The translations under genes and the position numbers were made by a program. A DNA stretch of 53,770 bases from an uncultured Candidatus Saccharibacteria bacterium (GTDB lineage: Bacteria; Patescibacteriota; Minisyncoccia; UBA6257; 1-14-0-10-44-23). Positions within the stretch are counted from its first letter, which is position 1. Every line of letters begins with the position of its first letter. Shown here piece after piece: positions 18,889 to 28,096 of the stretch. Location: the NCBI GenBank assembly GCA_964460325.1, contig CAYWPI010000001.1, forward strand, positions 108,551 to 162,320. The letters run 5' to 3'. The notes beneath the pieces are model-generated. The model was not told where the DNA came from, did not search any database, and saw only the letters and a list, made by a program, of their open reading frames with translations.

Positions 18889-19794
18889 CTAAGAGGGCTC
18901 AGCCATACTGGCCCGTACAATCCGGCGCAACCCCGCCCGAATCGTAGTCTTGGGCCGCCATGTGATTCCCTTGCGCGTATTCCTTAATTCAGCATAAGGC
19001 GCCGGCAGCGGTTTGCCCTTGGCTGTGCGCGCAAACGCGTTCCAATACGCCTTATCCACTCCCATCTCCTCACAGATTATTTTGGCGATATCCCGAACCG
19101 CCGTCAGCTTTCCTGAACCAACATTATACGTCACCTGCCCCTTCCCCTTCTCAACCGCATCCGCAATCGCTGCAGCAACATCATCCACATAAACCCAATC
19201 CGCTTGAACTAAAGGAGCGCGCAACACAAGGGGTTTTTTTTCTGTAATGGAACGTATGATTGATGGAATAAGCGATGCTGGCCGTTGCCCAATGCCATAC
19301 AAGGTAAAAGGCCGCAACCAAATAAAATCAGTGCCCTTTTCATTTGCTAACTTTGCCCCCAATAAGTGTTGCGCTTGCTTTACTGCCACCAAACCGGAAG
19401 TGGCAAGCGATGTAGGAATAACACCAATCTCCTCACCCACCTTGCCAACCTGCCCGCCCAGCTCAAACCCAGTCCCAAGAGCAACAATTTTAGAACAGCC
19501 AATCTCGGCCAGAACCGAAAAAAGAGAAAGTCCTTGATAAAGATTGTCCACGCATAACTGATAGGCAAAATCATGCATCCCTTCCCAGGCAAGATGCACT
19601 GCCGCTTCAGGTTTAAACTTTTTGAGTTGCCCCCTCCACTTCGCGCTATTCGAAAGATCACCCCGCACAAAACGCACCCCGGAAATTGCATGAGGAGTCC
19701 GCGACAGCACAAGCAACTCGTGTCCTCGCTTTTTAAGCTCCTCAACGGCTGGCTTTCCAATAAATCCTGTACCTCCAGTAACAAAAATACGCAT
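18889..19794 (-). CDS. NAD-dependent epimerase/dehydratase family protein
   Basis: MRIFVTGGTGFIG at the start I chose (19794). SDR extended-family length. Confidence 0.78.
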   Translation of the reverse strand: MRIFVTGGTGFIGKPAVEELKKRGHELLVLSRTPHAISGVRFVRGDLSNSAKWRGQLKKFKPEAAVHLAWEGMHDFAYQLCVDNLYQGLSLFSVLAEIGCSKIVALGTGFELGGQVGKVGEEIGVIPTSLATSGLVAVKQAQHLLGAKLANEKGTDFIWLRPFTLYGIGQRPASLIPSIIRSITEKKPLVLRAPLVQADWVYVDDVAAAIADAVEKGKGQVTYNVGSGKLTAVRDIAKIICEEMGVDKAYWNAFARTAKGKPLPAPYAELRNTRKGITWRPKTTIRAGLRRIVRASMAEPS

Positions 19795-19804
19795 AACTTT
19801 AATA

Positions 19805-20584
19805 TTATGCCAAATCAAGAATCATTGGTAGGTGGTCTGAAACACCCACATCAGGCACGGTAAAGCTGTTCACCTTGATATCAGGCGATACAAACGCATA
19901 GTCAGCAAAATGTTGCGCGTCTGGCTTGCCGAAAAACTTATGCAGCCTGCCGCGCGTTTCTTTGATATCAAACTTTTTAATAAGATTGGTCATCCCCTCC
20001 TCTAGCAAAGTAATACTTCTCGTTTGTGGCATCAGATTAAAATCCCCGCACAGGATTTTTACGCCTTGTTCATTGTCAAAAAATGCTTTGATTTTTTCAG
20101 ACTGATCTATTCGTTCTGGCGTATCAAGCTTGTCACCCGGAAACACAATGCCGTGCACATTACCAACCATATAGCGCCTGCCACCCCAAAGGAAACGGAC
20201 ATAGTGGAAATTGGTTGGAATATTCACCCGCACGGTATCTGCGCTCCGCTCTTGTCCTTGATACAGGGCAACCACGCCTTGGCTTGCAACCGAAATTGTC
20301 TTACGAACAAAAGTCGCCTTGCCCAGTAGCATCGTAACGTGTGCAAGCGCGGAAAGATCAAGCTCCTCCTTAGCGGGGGTAAAATACCACGTGTGATCAG
20401 GCAGCACCTTGGCAATCTCCTCCAAAATATCTTTGCGCCACCCAGCATCACCTAACCCCCCCGAAACGGGATGCACCACTTCTTGAAAACAAAAAATATC
20501 CGTATCAGCGGCATGAGCACTTATAAAATCAATAAGCGGCTCAAAAAAAGTGCCGCCGACAATATTCAAAGAAATAATCTTCAT
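19805..20584 (-). CDS. Endonuclease/exonuclease/phosphatase (EEP) family protein
   Basis: 259 aa with N-terminal IISLNI..., FCFQEV, GDFN and a C-terminal SDHLP motif typical of the EEP fold. Confidence 0.68.
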   Translation of the reverse strand: MKIISLNIVGGTFFEPLIDFISAHAADTDIFCFQEVVHPVSGGLGDAGWRKDILEEIAKVLPDHTWYFTPAKEELDLSALAHVTMLLGKATFVRKTISVASQGVVALYQGQERSADTVRVNIPTNFHYVRFLWGGRRYMVGNVHGIVFPGDKLDTPERIDQSEKIKAFFDNEQGVKILCGDFNLMPQTRSITLLEEGMTNLIKKFDIKETRGRLHKFFGKPDAQHFADYAFVSPDIKVNSFTVPDVGVSDHLPMILDLA

Positions 20585-20596
20585 ACCAAGCCAAAC

Positions 20597-21535
20597 TTAT
20601 ATATTCGCAAAGTCATTCCGTTTCACAACTTGATATCCCTTGATAAGTTCAGCAATCGCGTCTTGGATTGAAACGCTTGTCTGATAGCCAGTTTTTTCAA
20701 TCTTTTCGTTACTAATAACATAATTGCGCTTATCCGGGTCTTCACCAATGGCAGACTCAACATAGACAAACTTTGGCAATTGCTTTTGAATCTCAATACA
20801 CAGCTCTTTCTTACTCAAGTTTGCATCTGAAAGCCCCACATTGTATGACTGATTTTTCATCGTCTCAAAATGTTCTATGGCGTGCATAAATGCGCGCACC
20901 ACATCACGCACGTGAATATAGTTTCGTTTAAAATTCGCTTCAAAGAGCACAACCGCCCGGTCATTAAGCGCCCGATACACAAAATCATTCACAAGCAAAT
21001 CAAGCCGCATGCGCGGACTAATACCACACACGGTTGCCAAGCGCAACGTAATCGCGTTGCCAGCAGCAAGAAGCGCTTTTTCTGTTTCAACCTTAAGCGT
21101 GCCATACAGCGAAACGGGCTCAAGGGGGCTATTCTCATCGCAATAAGCCACGCCTTCAGCCATTCGGCCATAACCGCTATTGGTGTTTGGAAAGATAATT
21201 TTTTGCTCTGGCGTGCGCAATTTCAACAGCATGAGCACCGCATCGCGATTAATGGTGGTTGCCGCAATCGGATCTTTATCACACAGCGGAGCGCCAACCA
21301 AACACGCCAACGGGAAAATAAAATCCTTGCCCGCAATATGCTTTTTAATCAGCTCTTCATTGCGCACATCTCCGCGCACAATCGTCAGCGTCTTATAATG
21401 GCACACATCAAGCAGTGAAGACTGCCCATACATGAAATTATCAATCACCGTCACCTCGTGCCCGGCGCGCAAAAGCTCCGGTACGAGAACTGAACCAATA
21501 TATCCCGCTCCACCCGTAACTAAGATTTTTAACAT
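20597..21535 (-). CDS. NAD-dependent sugar epimerase/dehydratase/reductase
   Basis: ILVTGGAGYIGS Rossmann motif and YGTLK (YxxxK). An AAAGGAGGG RBS lies upstream. Confidence 0.82.
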   Translation of the reverse strand: MLKILVTGGAGYIGSVLVPELLRAGHEVTVIDNFMYGQSSLLDVCHYKTLTIVRGDVRNEELIKKHIAGKDFIFPLACLVGAPLCDKDPIAATTINRDAVLMLLKLRTPEQKIIFPNTNSGYGRMAEGVAYCDENSPLEPVSLYGTLKVETEKALLAAGNAITLRLATVCGISPRMRLDLLVNDFVYRALNDRAVVLFEANFKRNYIHVRDVVRAFMHAIEHFETMKNQSYNVGLSDANLSKKELCIEIQKQLPKFVYVESAIGEDPDKRNYVISNEKIEKTGYQTSVSIQDAIAELIKGYQVVKRNDFANI

Positions 21536-21581
21536 ATTATTATTTTATTCCAAAATCACCCTCCTTTCAACCACCCATTAC

Positions 21582-21615
21582 AACATTCCAACATTCGCAA
21601 GAATGTCGGAATGTT
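21582..21615. repeat. 34-nt palindromic element, copy 1 (AACATTCCAACATTC-GCAA-GAATGTCGGAATGTT)
   Basis: Identical to 21907-21940. It has 15-nt arms with one G-U/mismatch position and a 4-nt centre. It lies between the ArsR-like stop codon and the downstream epimerase gene. Confidence 0.9.
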
Positions 21616-21622
21616 GTGAGAA

Positions 21623-21889
21623 CTAAAACGATTTTGCAAATGCGAGAAACTTTTTTCCATACGGAGAGAGTGTATGAACCACCTCCCTTCCTCGATATGT
21701 TTTATTTAACAAGCCTGCTTTTACTAATCGACTCGTGTGTTCAGAAAGCGTTTTTACGTTCCCTTCGAGCTCCTCAGCAATTTCTTCCAAGGTAAATCCT
21801 TTTCCGCTCCCGATCAGGACGAGAATTGCCAAACGCCAATGATTGGCGGCGCCCTTGAAATATCGTTCAAGTTGTTCCGCGGTTTTCAT
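21623..21889 (-). CDS. ArsR/SmtB-family winged-helix transcriptional regulator
   Basis: About 88 aa reading ...ANHWRLAILVLIG...TLEEIAEELEGNVKTLSEHTSRLVKAGLL.... I placed the start at MKTAEQ (21889), because the longer track ORF would begin inside the palindrome. Confidence 0.75.
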   Translation of the reverse strand: MKTAEQLERYFKGAANHWRLAILVLIGSGKGFTLEEIAEELEGNVKTLSEHTSRLVKAGLLNKTYRGREVVHTLSPYGKKFLAFAKSF

Positions 21890-21906
21890 GTCTTTATTAT
21901 ACGAAA

Positions 21907-21940
21907 AACATTCCAACATTCGCAAGAATGTCGGAATGTT
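21907..21940 (-). promoter_or_regulatory. 34-nt palindromic element, copy 2. Candidate terminator of the methyltransferase gene and operator/promoter of the ArsR-like gene.
   Basis: It starts 2 nt after the stop at 21943 and is followed on the minus strand by a U-run. TTGCGA (the palindrome centre), an 18-nt spacer and TATAAT (21896-21901) end 6 nt before the ATG at 21889, which would give a leaderless-type arrangement. Confidence 0.55.
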
Positions 21941-21942
21941 TG

Positions 21943-23205
21943 TTACATGTCTTTGGGGTTGACGGGGAAGTAGAACTCAATGCCTTTGGCGATAAGCGCC
22001 TGATTGTTGGCCAAAATTTCTTTTTTAAAGTTCCACGCCAGCACATAATACACATCGGGCAGCTGAGTAAGTTCTTTTTCGATGAGAATTTCTAAGTGTG
22101 AACCGGGAGAGTAAAGCCCTTTGCGGCTTTCATTTTTTTCCACCAGAAAATCCAAATAATTTTTGCCAATGCCGAAATAGTTAAGCAAGGTGTTCCCTTT
22201 TACCGGCGCGCCCATACCATAAATACGCTTTCCTTGTTTCTTGGCTTCACTTAAAAAGCGGACGTTTTCTTCTTTCATTTTTTGAAGCTTTTTCGCAAAA
22301 GCCACATACGTCTCAAACTCATTACTCCGGTCGCGCTCTTCTGCCGAGATATAAGCCTTGAGCTGTTCTGACTGTGGCTTGGCGCCTTGATGGGTCACAT
22401 AGGCCACCATCGAGCCGCCGTGGGCAGGTGTAAGATATGCATCAAAGGTTGAAAGACCATGCCGATTCAGTAACGTTTCGACATTCTTGAGGTTGTAATA
22501 AAGCAAGTGTTCATGATAAATCTGATCAAACGCCAAGTTCTCTACAATCCGCTTCATATACAGAAACTGAATAACAAACACGCCACCAGCCGCAAGCACC
22601 TCTTTAATCCCCTCGCACACCGAGTGTAATTCTTCAAGGTGAAAAAAGAATCCGGCGGCATTAATCACATCGAACTTTCTCTCTAACTTTTTCGCCGTTT
22701 CCAAATTAAAGAACGCGTGAACGGTCGGAACACCGGCATCGTTGGCGATTTTTGCCGGCACCGTCGCGGATTCAACGCCCAGCACATCATAGCCAAGATT
22801 TTTAAAGTGCTTTAACTGAGTTCCATCATTCGATCCCAAATCCAATACAGACTTTTGTTTTTGATCAGCAAAAAACCGCTTATCAACCTCCTCGGCCACC
22901 TGCCGGAAGTGCTCACTTAATGACTTTGTAATACCCGAAAGATAGGTATGCTCGGCAAACATCGTCTCTTTCGGAACGGTATAATCAAGCTGAGGCGTCT
23001 TGCAATCCATACAAAACACCACCCGAAGCGGATAAAAAGGCTCCTTCCCCACATCTTCTCTCCTTAAAAAGTGATTTCCCCATGGCTGAAACCCAAGATC
23101 AATCGCAAGCTCAAGCTTGGTGGAGTCGCACACGCGGCAGTTTTTGATAAGCCGCTCCGGATCACAGACCATATTCGGCGAAGTCGCCGACCATTGATTA
23201 TGCAT
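21943..23205 (-). CDS. SAM-dependent sugar C-methyltransferase-type enzyme (zinc ribbon + class I MT + C-terminal MT-associated domain)
   Basis: 420 aa with CRVCDS...CMDCKTP 4-Cys, VLDLGSNDG SAM motif and a long C-terminal domain. Paralogous to 26250-27518. Confidence 0.78.
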   Translation of the reverse strand: MHNQWSATSPNMVCDPERLIKNCRVCDSTKLELAIDLGFQPWGNHFLRREDVGKEPFYPLRVVFCMDCKTPQLDYTVPKETMFAEHTYLSGITKSLSEHFRQVAEEVDKRFFADQKQKSVLDLGSNDGTQLKHFKNLGYDVLGVESATVPAKIANDAGVPTVHAFFNLETAKKLERKFDVINAAGFFFHLEELHSVCEGIKEVLAAGGVFVIQFLYMKRIVENLAFDQIYHEHLLYYNLKNVETLLNRHGLSTFDAYLTPAHGGSMVAYVTHQGAKPQSEQLKAYISAEERDRSNEFETYVAFAKKLQKMKEENVRFLSEAKKQGKRIYGMGAPVKGNTLLNYFGIGKNYLDFLVEKNESRKGLYSPGSHLEILIEKELTQLPDVYYVLAWNFKKEILANNQALIAKGIEFYFPVNPKDM

Positions 23206-23220
23206 TATAGTATGACTTTA

Positions 23221-24309
23221 TTATAACGGCTTGCCGATCATTTGAAAGATATCCTTAAACCGCTGTTGTGTTGAGTGCTCTTTGATGGTGCGCTCATAGC
23301 CCCGCCTGGCTATCTCTTCTCGCTCGTTATCGTGCGAAAGATAATATTGTATCTTCTTCACCAAATCGGCGTTATCCTCATACACCACGATCTCTTCACC
23401 TAACTTATAATAATTTTTCATGTCATCCGCGTCTTGAGTCATCTCCATTGTTCCGCAAGCGGGCACCTCAAAATGCCGCGCCTTCACCTGCCGATTTCGT
23501 TTCATAAGCCACATGCGGATATTGTCGAAAAAGTTCCACAGATCAAGCTTTATAGAAGCCCCACCCTCGCCGAAATAAGCGCGCCGGAAAAATAAACGCG
23601 CAATCGAACGCCAGCTCACATAAAACGCCGGCGTATTTAATGAAAGGGCAATTTTGCTGCGATTAAAAATATCAATCATCTCATCCTGACTGACCGGCCC
23701 ACCTGGCCAACCAATGCCGCGAACAAATATATTAATACCGGCTGATTTCAAATCATCGACAAGCTGCTGGCGAGGCTGCGTCCAGCCGCCGATAAAAGCA
23801 ACATCGATATCTTTTTGTCTACTCTCCAATTTTTTATACACCGAAAGGTCAACCCCCGGCTGATGGTGAATAACATTACTATGCCCAATGCTTTTATATT
23901 TCGGGATTGCCCGCGAATCATATGTTAAAATCCACGTGAAGCAATGTGCAAAATGCCGACTCACCCGCTCCCAGCGCCAGGTATCATCATCGCCAATATA
24001 CACCAGTGTCGTCTTAGTCTCATTCTTTACCTTGCACAGCAGTTCTTTGCCAAGATCATATTCATTAAAACCAACAAAACAAACGTCTGGTTTTTCTTTT
24101 TGAATGTATTCCCAAAACTGCTTGCGCGCGCCCTCGCGCCCATGTTCCAAAATTGCCTGATCAATAAAAAAAACATCAACGGAGTGCCCGTGAGCTTCAG
24201 CAACCGACTTGAGCGGTAAATACTCAAGATAATAACTAGCCGCCCGGCGACCCAGCGGCTTCCAGGTGCGATCATATGAGTCTTTATAATTCACAAGAAG
24301 AATTTTCAT
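23221..24309 (-). CDS. CgeB-like glycosyltransferase
   Basis: 362 aa. The C-terminal segment reads KARHFEVPACGTMEMTQDADDMKNYYKLGEEIVVYEDNADLVKKIQYYLSHDNEREEIARRGYE. Paralogous to 28096-29148. Confidence 0.68.
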   Translation of the reverse strand: MKILLVNYKDSYDRTWKPLGRRAASYYLEYLPLKSVAEAHGHSVDVFFIDQAILEHGREGARKQFWEYIQKEKPDVCFVGFNEYDLGKELLCKVKNETKTTLVYIGDDDTWRWERVSRHFAHCFTWILTYDSRAIPKYKSIGHSNVIHHQPGVDLSVYKKLESRQKDIDVAFIGGWTQPRQQLVDDLKSAGINIFVRGIGWPGGPVSQDEMIDIFNRSKIALSLNTPAFYVSWRSIARLFFRRAYFGEGGASIKLDLWNFFDNIRMWLMKRNRQVKARHFEVPACGTMEMTQDADDMKNYYKLGEEIVVYEDNADLVKKIQYYLSHDNEREEIARRGYERTIKEHSTQQRFKDIFQMIGKPL

Positions 24310-25694
24310 ATTAGTGGCGCAATTTCCTTATCATGCCCAAGTGCGACCGCAAACGCAACCACCACCCAAAACCAGCGTAGGGTAAGCGTATCAACCGAAA
24401 GTGACATTACTACCATCGCCACAAACGATCCAAACACGGCAGCAACACGCCAATCGGCGTTTCTGAGCGCACGCACCATGCCGCGAGCAACCAAAAAAAG
24501 AATAATCAAAAGACAGGTCAGCCCCGCCCAGCCGGCCCGCAGCGCTGTTTCGAGAAAAATCTCATGCGCAGGAAGTTGACTTCCCATCGCAGTAAATGCA
24601 ACCGGTCTCCAGTTGTTATAAAGCGGACCAAATCCAAGCGGCGAACGAATCGATAATCGAGTTGCGCCCGTCAAGAGTTGTAGTCGATCGCTACCCCCCG
24701 TGTCAGAAAGAGACGTCACGGGAATCAGCGAAGTTTTCTCAATACCAACCAAGGGCACCTTAGGAGCAGGCACTAACGGCGTGCTGGAGACAGTCGTGAT
24801 CTCAAATATTTTCGGATGGAAATATGGCCGCACAAAACGAAACACGATGGTTTGATCTAAAACCGGCGGCGCGGCGATAAAAGCAAGTGCTGTGCCGGCG
24901 ACAAAAGCAAACAACAAAAGACACGCTTTTTTTACCTTCACCGCGATTGCACGATTTGTCATTAAATAATAAATACCAAGCATCATGCAGCTGAAAAAAG
25001 CAGCAACCGCGGCGCCTCGCGATCCAGTCCATAACAAAAAAGGAAACGTACCAACGATGGTCAGTCCGGCCCAAAGCCCTTTTTTATCCGAACGAAACAG
25101 AAAAGCGGCGGCTGAAACCAAAAGCGCCACTGCAATCCAACTGCCTAGATAGTTTGGATCTCCGCCTGGCCCGCGTAATCGCTCATCTCCCTGAAAAAAC
25201 GCATCGTGTAATGCGGGTATGCGTGAAATCCAAAGAGGGATTGGAGAAATAATAATCGCCACCAGCGCGACGCGAACAAAATCCCCGCTACGCAAGCTCA
25301 AATAGAAAAGAAGCCAAAAAAGGCCAAACGTGAAAGCCATACGCGCGTATTCCATGAGGATTGGGGCAAGATACAGTGGCCAAACGGAATAAAAAATAAT
25401 ACTCCAGACACTGCCAACCAGCGAACCAATGAGAATACCGGCCATCAAAAGCACCAGTAGCCGAGCTATGACGCGTTTCGCCCCCCAGCCTATTATACTT
25501 TGCCTGTAAGCGAGCAGCGACCACACGAGAAAAAAAGCGGAAGCAAAAAAAAGAATGTCGCATATCTTAAGATTGAACAAAAGACCAAACCGCCACGGGA
25601 ATGAAAATATCCCCGCAAGAGAGAGCCATGCACTTACCCGAAATTGCCAGTTTTCTCCTGAAAAAATCATAAATACTCTTTTGTCAAAATACAC
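24306..25694 (-). CDS. O-antigen ligase/polymerase-like (Wzy-type) polytopic membrane protein
   Basis: 462 aa with about 10-12 TM helices and a larger loop. The call rests on context within the glycan locus. Confidence 0.55.
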   Translation of the reverse strand: MYFDKRVFMIFSGENWQFRVSAWLSLAGIFSFPWRFGLLFNLKICDILFFASAFFLVWSLLAYRQSIIGWGAKRVIARLLVLLMAGILIGSLVGSVWSIIFYSVWPLYLAPILMEYARMAFTFGLFWLLFYLSLRSGDFVRVALVAIIISPIPLWISRIPALHDAFFQGDERLRGPGGDPNYLGSWIAVALLVSAAAFLFRSDKKGLWAGLTIVGTFPFLLWTGSRGAAVAAFFSCMMLGIYYLMTNRAIAVKVKKACLLLFAFVAGTALAFIAAPPVLDQTIVFRFVRPYFHPKIFEITTVSSTPLVPAPKVPLVGIEKTSLIPVTSLSDTGGSDRLQLLTGATRLSIRSPLGFGPLYNNWRPVAFTAMGSQLPAHEIFLETALRAGWAGLTCLLIILFLVARGMVRALRNADWRVAAVFGSFVAMVVMSLSVDTLTLRWFWVVVAFAVALGHDKEIAPLI

Positions 25695-25696
25695 TG

Positions 25697-26242
25697 TTAT
25701 GAAGTGCCGACAAAAGGCGCCGATCCGTCGCGAGCGCTGACAATCGGATTGTTAACTGGCCACGGAATGCCAAATGCTGGATCATTCCACTTGAGCGTAA
25801 ACTGGCCTCCAGGCCGAAAATACTCTGACTGTTTATAGCTGACAATAATTTTATCAGTAAGCGCCAAATAACCACTGGCATACTTCGGCGGGACCAATAA
25901 CCGCCACTTATTTTCCTCGCTTAATTCAAACGATTCCCATTTCCCAAATAAAGACGATGTTTTATCGCCATTAATCGCTACAAAAAAGATCTTCCCATGC
26001 AGACACGATAAGAGTTTCCAGGTGCGGTCATCTCCATGCATGCCCCGCAACACGTTTTTCTTGGAAACTGAAATATCGTCTTCAACAAAATCAATCACAA
26101 TACCCGCATCACAATATTTTTTTTTTTGATAACTCTCAGTAAATTCACCGCGCTCATCGCGAAAAATTTCACCTACACCGGATTGTGTCGGCTCTGGCTT
26201 GATAAGCAGCACGCCTTCGAGACTGGTTTTTTCTATTTTCAT
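25697..26242 (-). CDS. RmlC-like cupin sugar-nucleotide 3,5-epimerase
   Basis: 181 aa from MKIEKTSLEGVLLIKP...RGMHGD...GYL..., the dTDP-4-dehydrorhamnose 3,5-epimerase pattern. The track ORF's extra 105 aa overlap the upstream methyltransferase and were discarded. Confidence 0.78.
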   Translation of the reverse strand: MKIEKTSLEGVLLIKPEPTQSGVGEIFRDERGEFTESYQKKKYCDAGIVIDFVEDDISVSKKNVLRGMHGDDRTWKLLSCLHGKIFFVAINGDKTSSLFGKWESFELSEENKWRLLVPPKYASGYLALTDKIIVSYKQSEYFRPGGQFTLKWNDPAFGIPWPVNNPIVSARDGSAPFVGTS

Positions 26243-26249
26243 ATTATTT

Positions 26250-27518
26250 TCAGGCCTTAATAATCCGTACGTTGGGAATAGCCACAATAAACTGACCACC
26301 ATGCGCCAGATATGCCTTCTCTCGAGCAAGGATCGCGTCAAGATAATTCCAAATGAGTAAGAGATAGTAATCCGGAGGACCGTCTTTCTTAATGATCTCA
26401 TCAGAGACAACTGGAATATGCATACCGGGAGTAAACTTACCGAATTTAAATGGTGTTTTTTCGATACAGTAATCGATAATGTCTGGGCCAATGCCGCAAA
26501 AATTAAGCAACGTGTTTCCTTTCGCGGGGGCGCCATACCCCACCACTCTCTTGCCATCTTGCTTTACTTGTTGCAACACCTCACGCAACTTTGTTTTGAT
26601 AGCAAGCGCGCGCTTTCCAAACGCATCATAGGTATCCAGATTATCCATCTGACATGCGATCTCCTCGGCAATGATCTGCGCTGGCATCGCCGTTACTGGA
26701 TACGCATTATTTTCAACATGCGTCGCATAACACCGAAGAGACCCGCCCTGAGTTGCAACTAATTTTACGTCAAAAATCTTCATACCGCACTTTTCCATTA
26801 ACACCATGAGTGGACGCAGGGCAAAAAATGAAAGGTGCTCATGATAAATATTGTCGAACTCGGTGTGCCGAATGAGCTCAAGGCCATGCTGGACCTCAAA
26901 CACAAAAACGCCTTTTTCATCCAGAATATTTTTCACGCCGCACACGAAATCCGCCGGTTCGTCAACATGCGCCAGCACGTTGTTCGCAGAAACAATGCCG
27001 GCTTTCCCATGGGAAGCGACTACTGAACGCGAAAGACTTTCCGAAAAAAACTCAGTGATCACCTCAATCCCTCGCGAACGGGCGACTGCCGCTGTATTCA
27101 GCGTTGGCTCAATGCCGAGCGTGACAAATCCGCGCTCTTTCAAGGGGGCAAGCAGTGCGCCGTCATTACTCGCAATTTCAATCACCAACTTATTGCGCAT
27201 GCTCCCAAACTTCGCATGAATATCCTGCGCATACTCATTAAAATGCTTCACAAGTGCGGGACCAGTTGAAGAAAAAAGCGCATATTCTTCGGGGAACAGC
27301 AAGCGCGCGTCCACCACATCCAATAACTGCATGTGATTGCAAGTTTTGCACACATGAATTGATAGCGGAAAATAAAGTTCTTTTTTGTTTTTTATCTGAT
27401 CAGCAGAAACAAACGCATCGGACAACGGATGCTTGCCAAGATCAAGAAACTGATGAAGCTCAGTGCCGCCACAAACGCGACACGCGGATCGTCGAGAACA
27501 ATGTTCAGTCATAATCAT
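26250..27518 (-). CDS. SAM-dependent sugar C-methyltransferase-type enzyme, paralog 2
   Basis: 422 aa with CRVCGG...CKTCNHMQL 4-Cys and IEIASNDG. It has the same architecture as 21943-23205. Its start overlaps the gmhA stop as TAATG. Confidence 0.78.
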   Translation of the reverse strand: MIMTEHCSRRSACRVCGGTELHQFLDLGKHPLSDAFVSADQIKNKKELYFPLSIHVCKTCNHMQLLDVVDARLLFPEEYALFSSTGPALVKHFNEYAQDIHAKFGSMRNKLVIEIASNDGALLAPLKERGFVTLGIEPTLNTAAVARSRGIEVITEFFSESLSRSVVASHGKAGIVSANNVLAHVDEPADFVCGVKNILDEKGVFVFEVQHGLELIRHTEFDNIYHEHLSFFALRPLMVLMEKCGMKIFDVKLVATQGGSLRCYATHVENNAYPVTAMPAQIIAEEIACQMDNLDTYDAFGKRALAIKTKLREVLQQVKQDGKRVVGYGAPAKGNTLLNFCGIGPDIIDYCIEKTPFKFGKFTPGMHIPVVSDEIIKKDGPPDYYLLLIWNYLDAILAREKAYLAHGGQFIVAIPNVRIIKA

Positions 27519-28096
27519 TATGCGTCTTTTAAAATTCTTTCCACCTCTTCGGCAATACTATGAAGCAACAACGTATGCACTTCTTGAATTCGAGGAGTGT
27601 TTGCCGACGGCACTATGATTTCAATATCCGCGGTTCCCTTCATTGCTCCACCCGTGCCGCCAAGCCAGGCAACAGTCGTTAAACCACACTTCTTAGCCTG
27701 TGCAAACGCAGCAATTACGTTTTTGGAATTGCCGCTCGTTGAAAGACCAATGAACATATCACCCTTTTTGCCATACGCCTCCACTTGCCGCGCGAACGCA
27801 TCTTCAAAACTACGATCGTTGCTCCAGGCGGTTAAAATTGACGTATCTGTTGAAAGAGCAATAACAGGATAGCCACGGCGATAGTGATTCTTAAAATAGC
27901 CAACAAGCTCTCCGGCAAAGTGCTGACTATCGGCGGCACTACCCCCATTGCCGGCAATCAAGATTTTCCCGCCAGCGCGAAACACTTCGGCAACCTTCTG
28001 TGCAACCGACTGAGCCACCGCGATAAACTGCTCGTCACCAGCAATATGCGAGTGAAGATCTAAAGCCTCTTTGAAATTATCTTTAATCATACTCAC
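27518..28096 (-). CDS. gmhA: Phosphoheptose isomerase (SIS domain)
   Basis: 192 aa with GNGGSAADSQHFAGEL and GLSTSGNSKNV motifs. Confidence 0.85.
   Translation of the reverse strand: MSMIKDNFKEALDLHSHIAGDEQFIAVAQSVAQKVAEVFRAGGKILIAGNGGSAADSQHFAGELVGYFKNHYRRGYPVIALSTDTSILTAWSNDRSFEDAFARQVEAYGKKGDMFIGLSTSGNSKNVIAAFAQAKKCGLTTVAWLGGTGGAMKGTADIEIIVPSANTPRIQEVHTLLLHSIAEEVERILKDA

Noticed and set aside
26243-26557. The N-terminal 105-aa extension of the track ORF 25697-26557.
   Set aside because: It overlaps the 3' end of the methyltransferase gene in another frame. The RmlC-like homology begins at MKIEKTS (26242), which leaves a clean 7-nt spacer.
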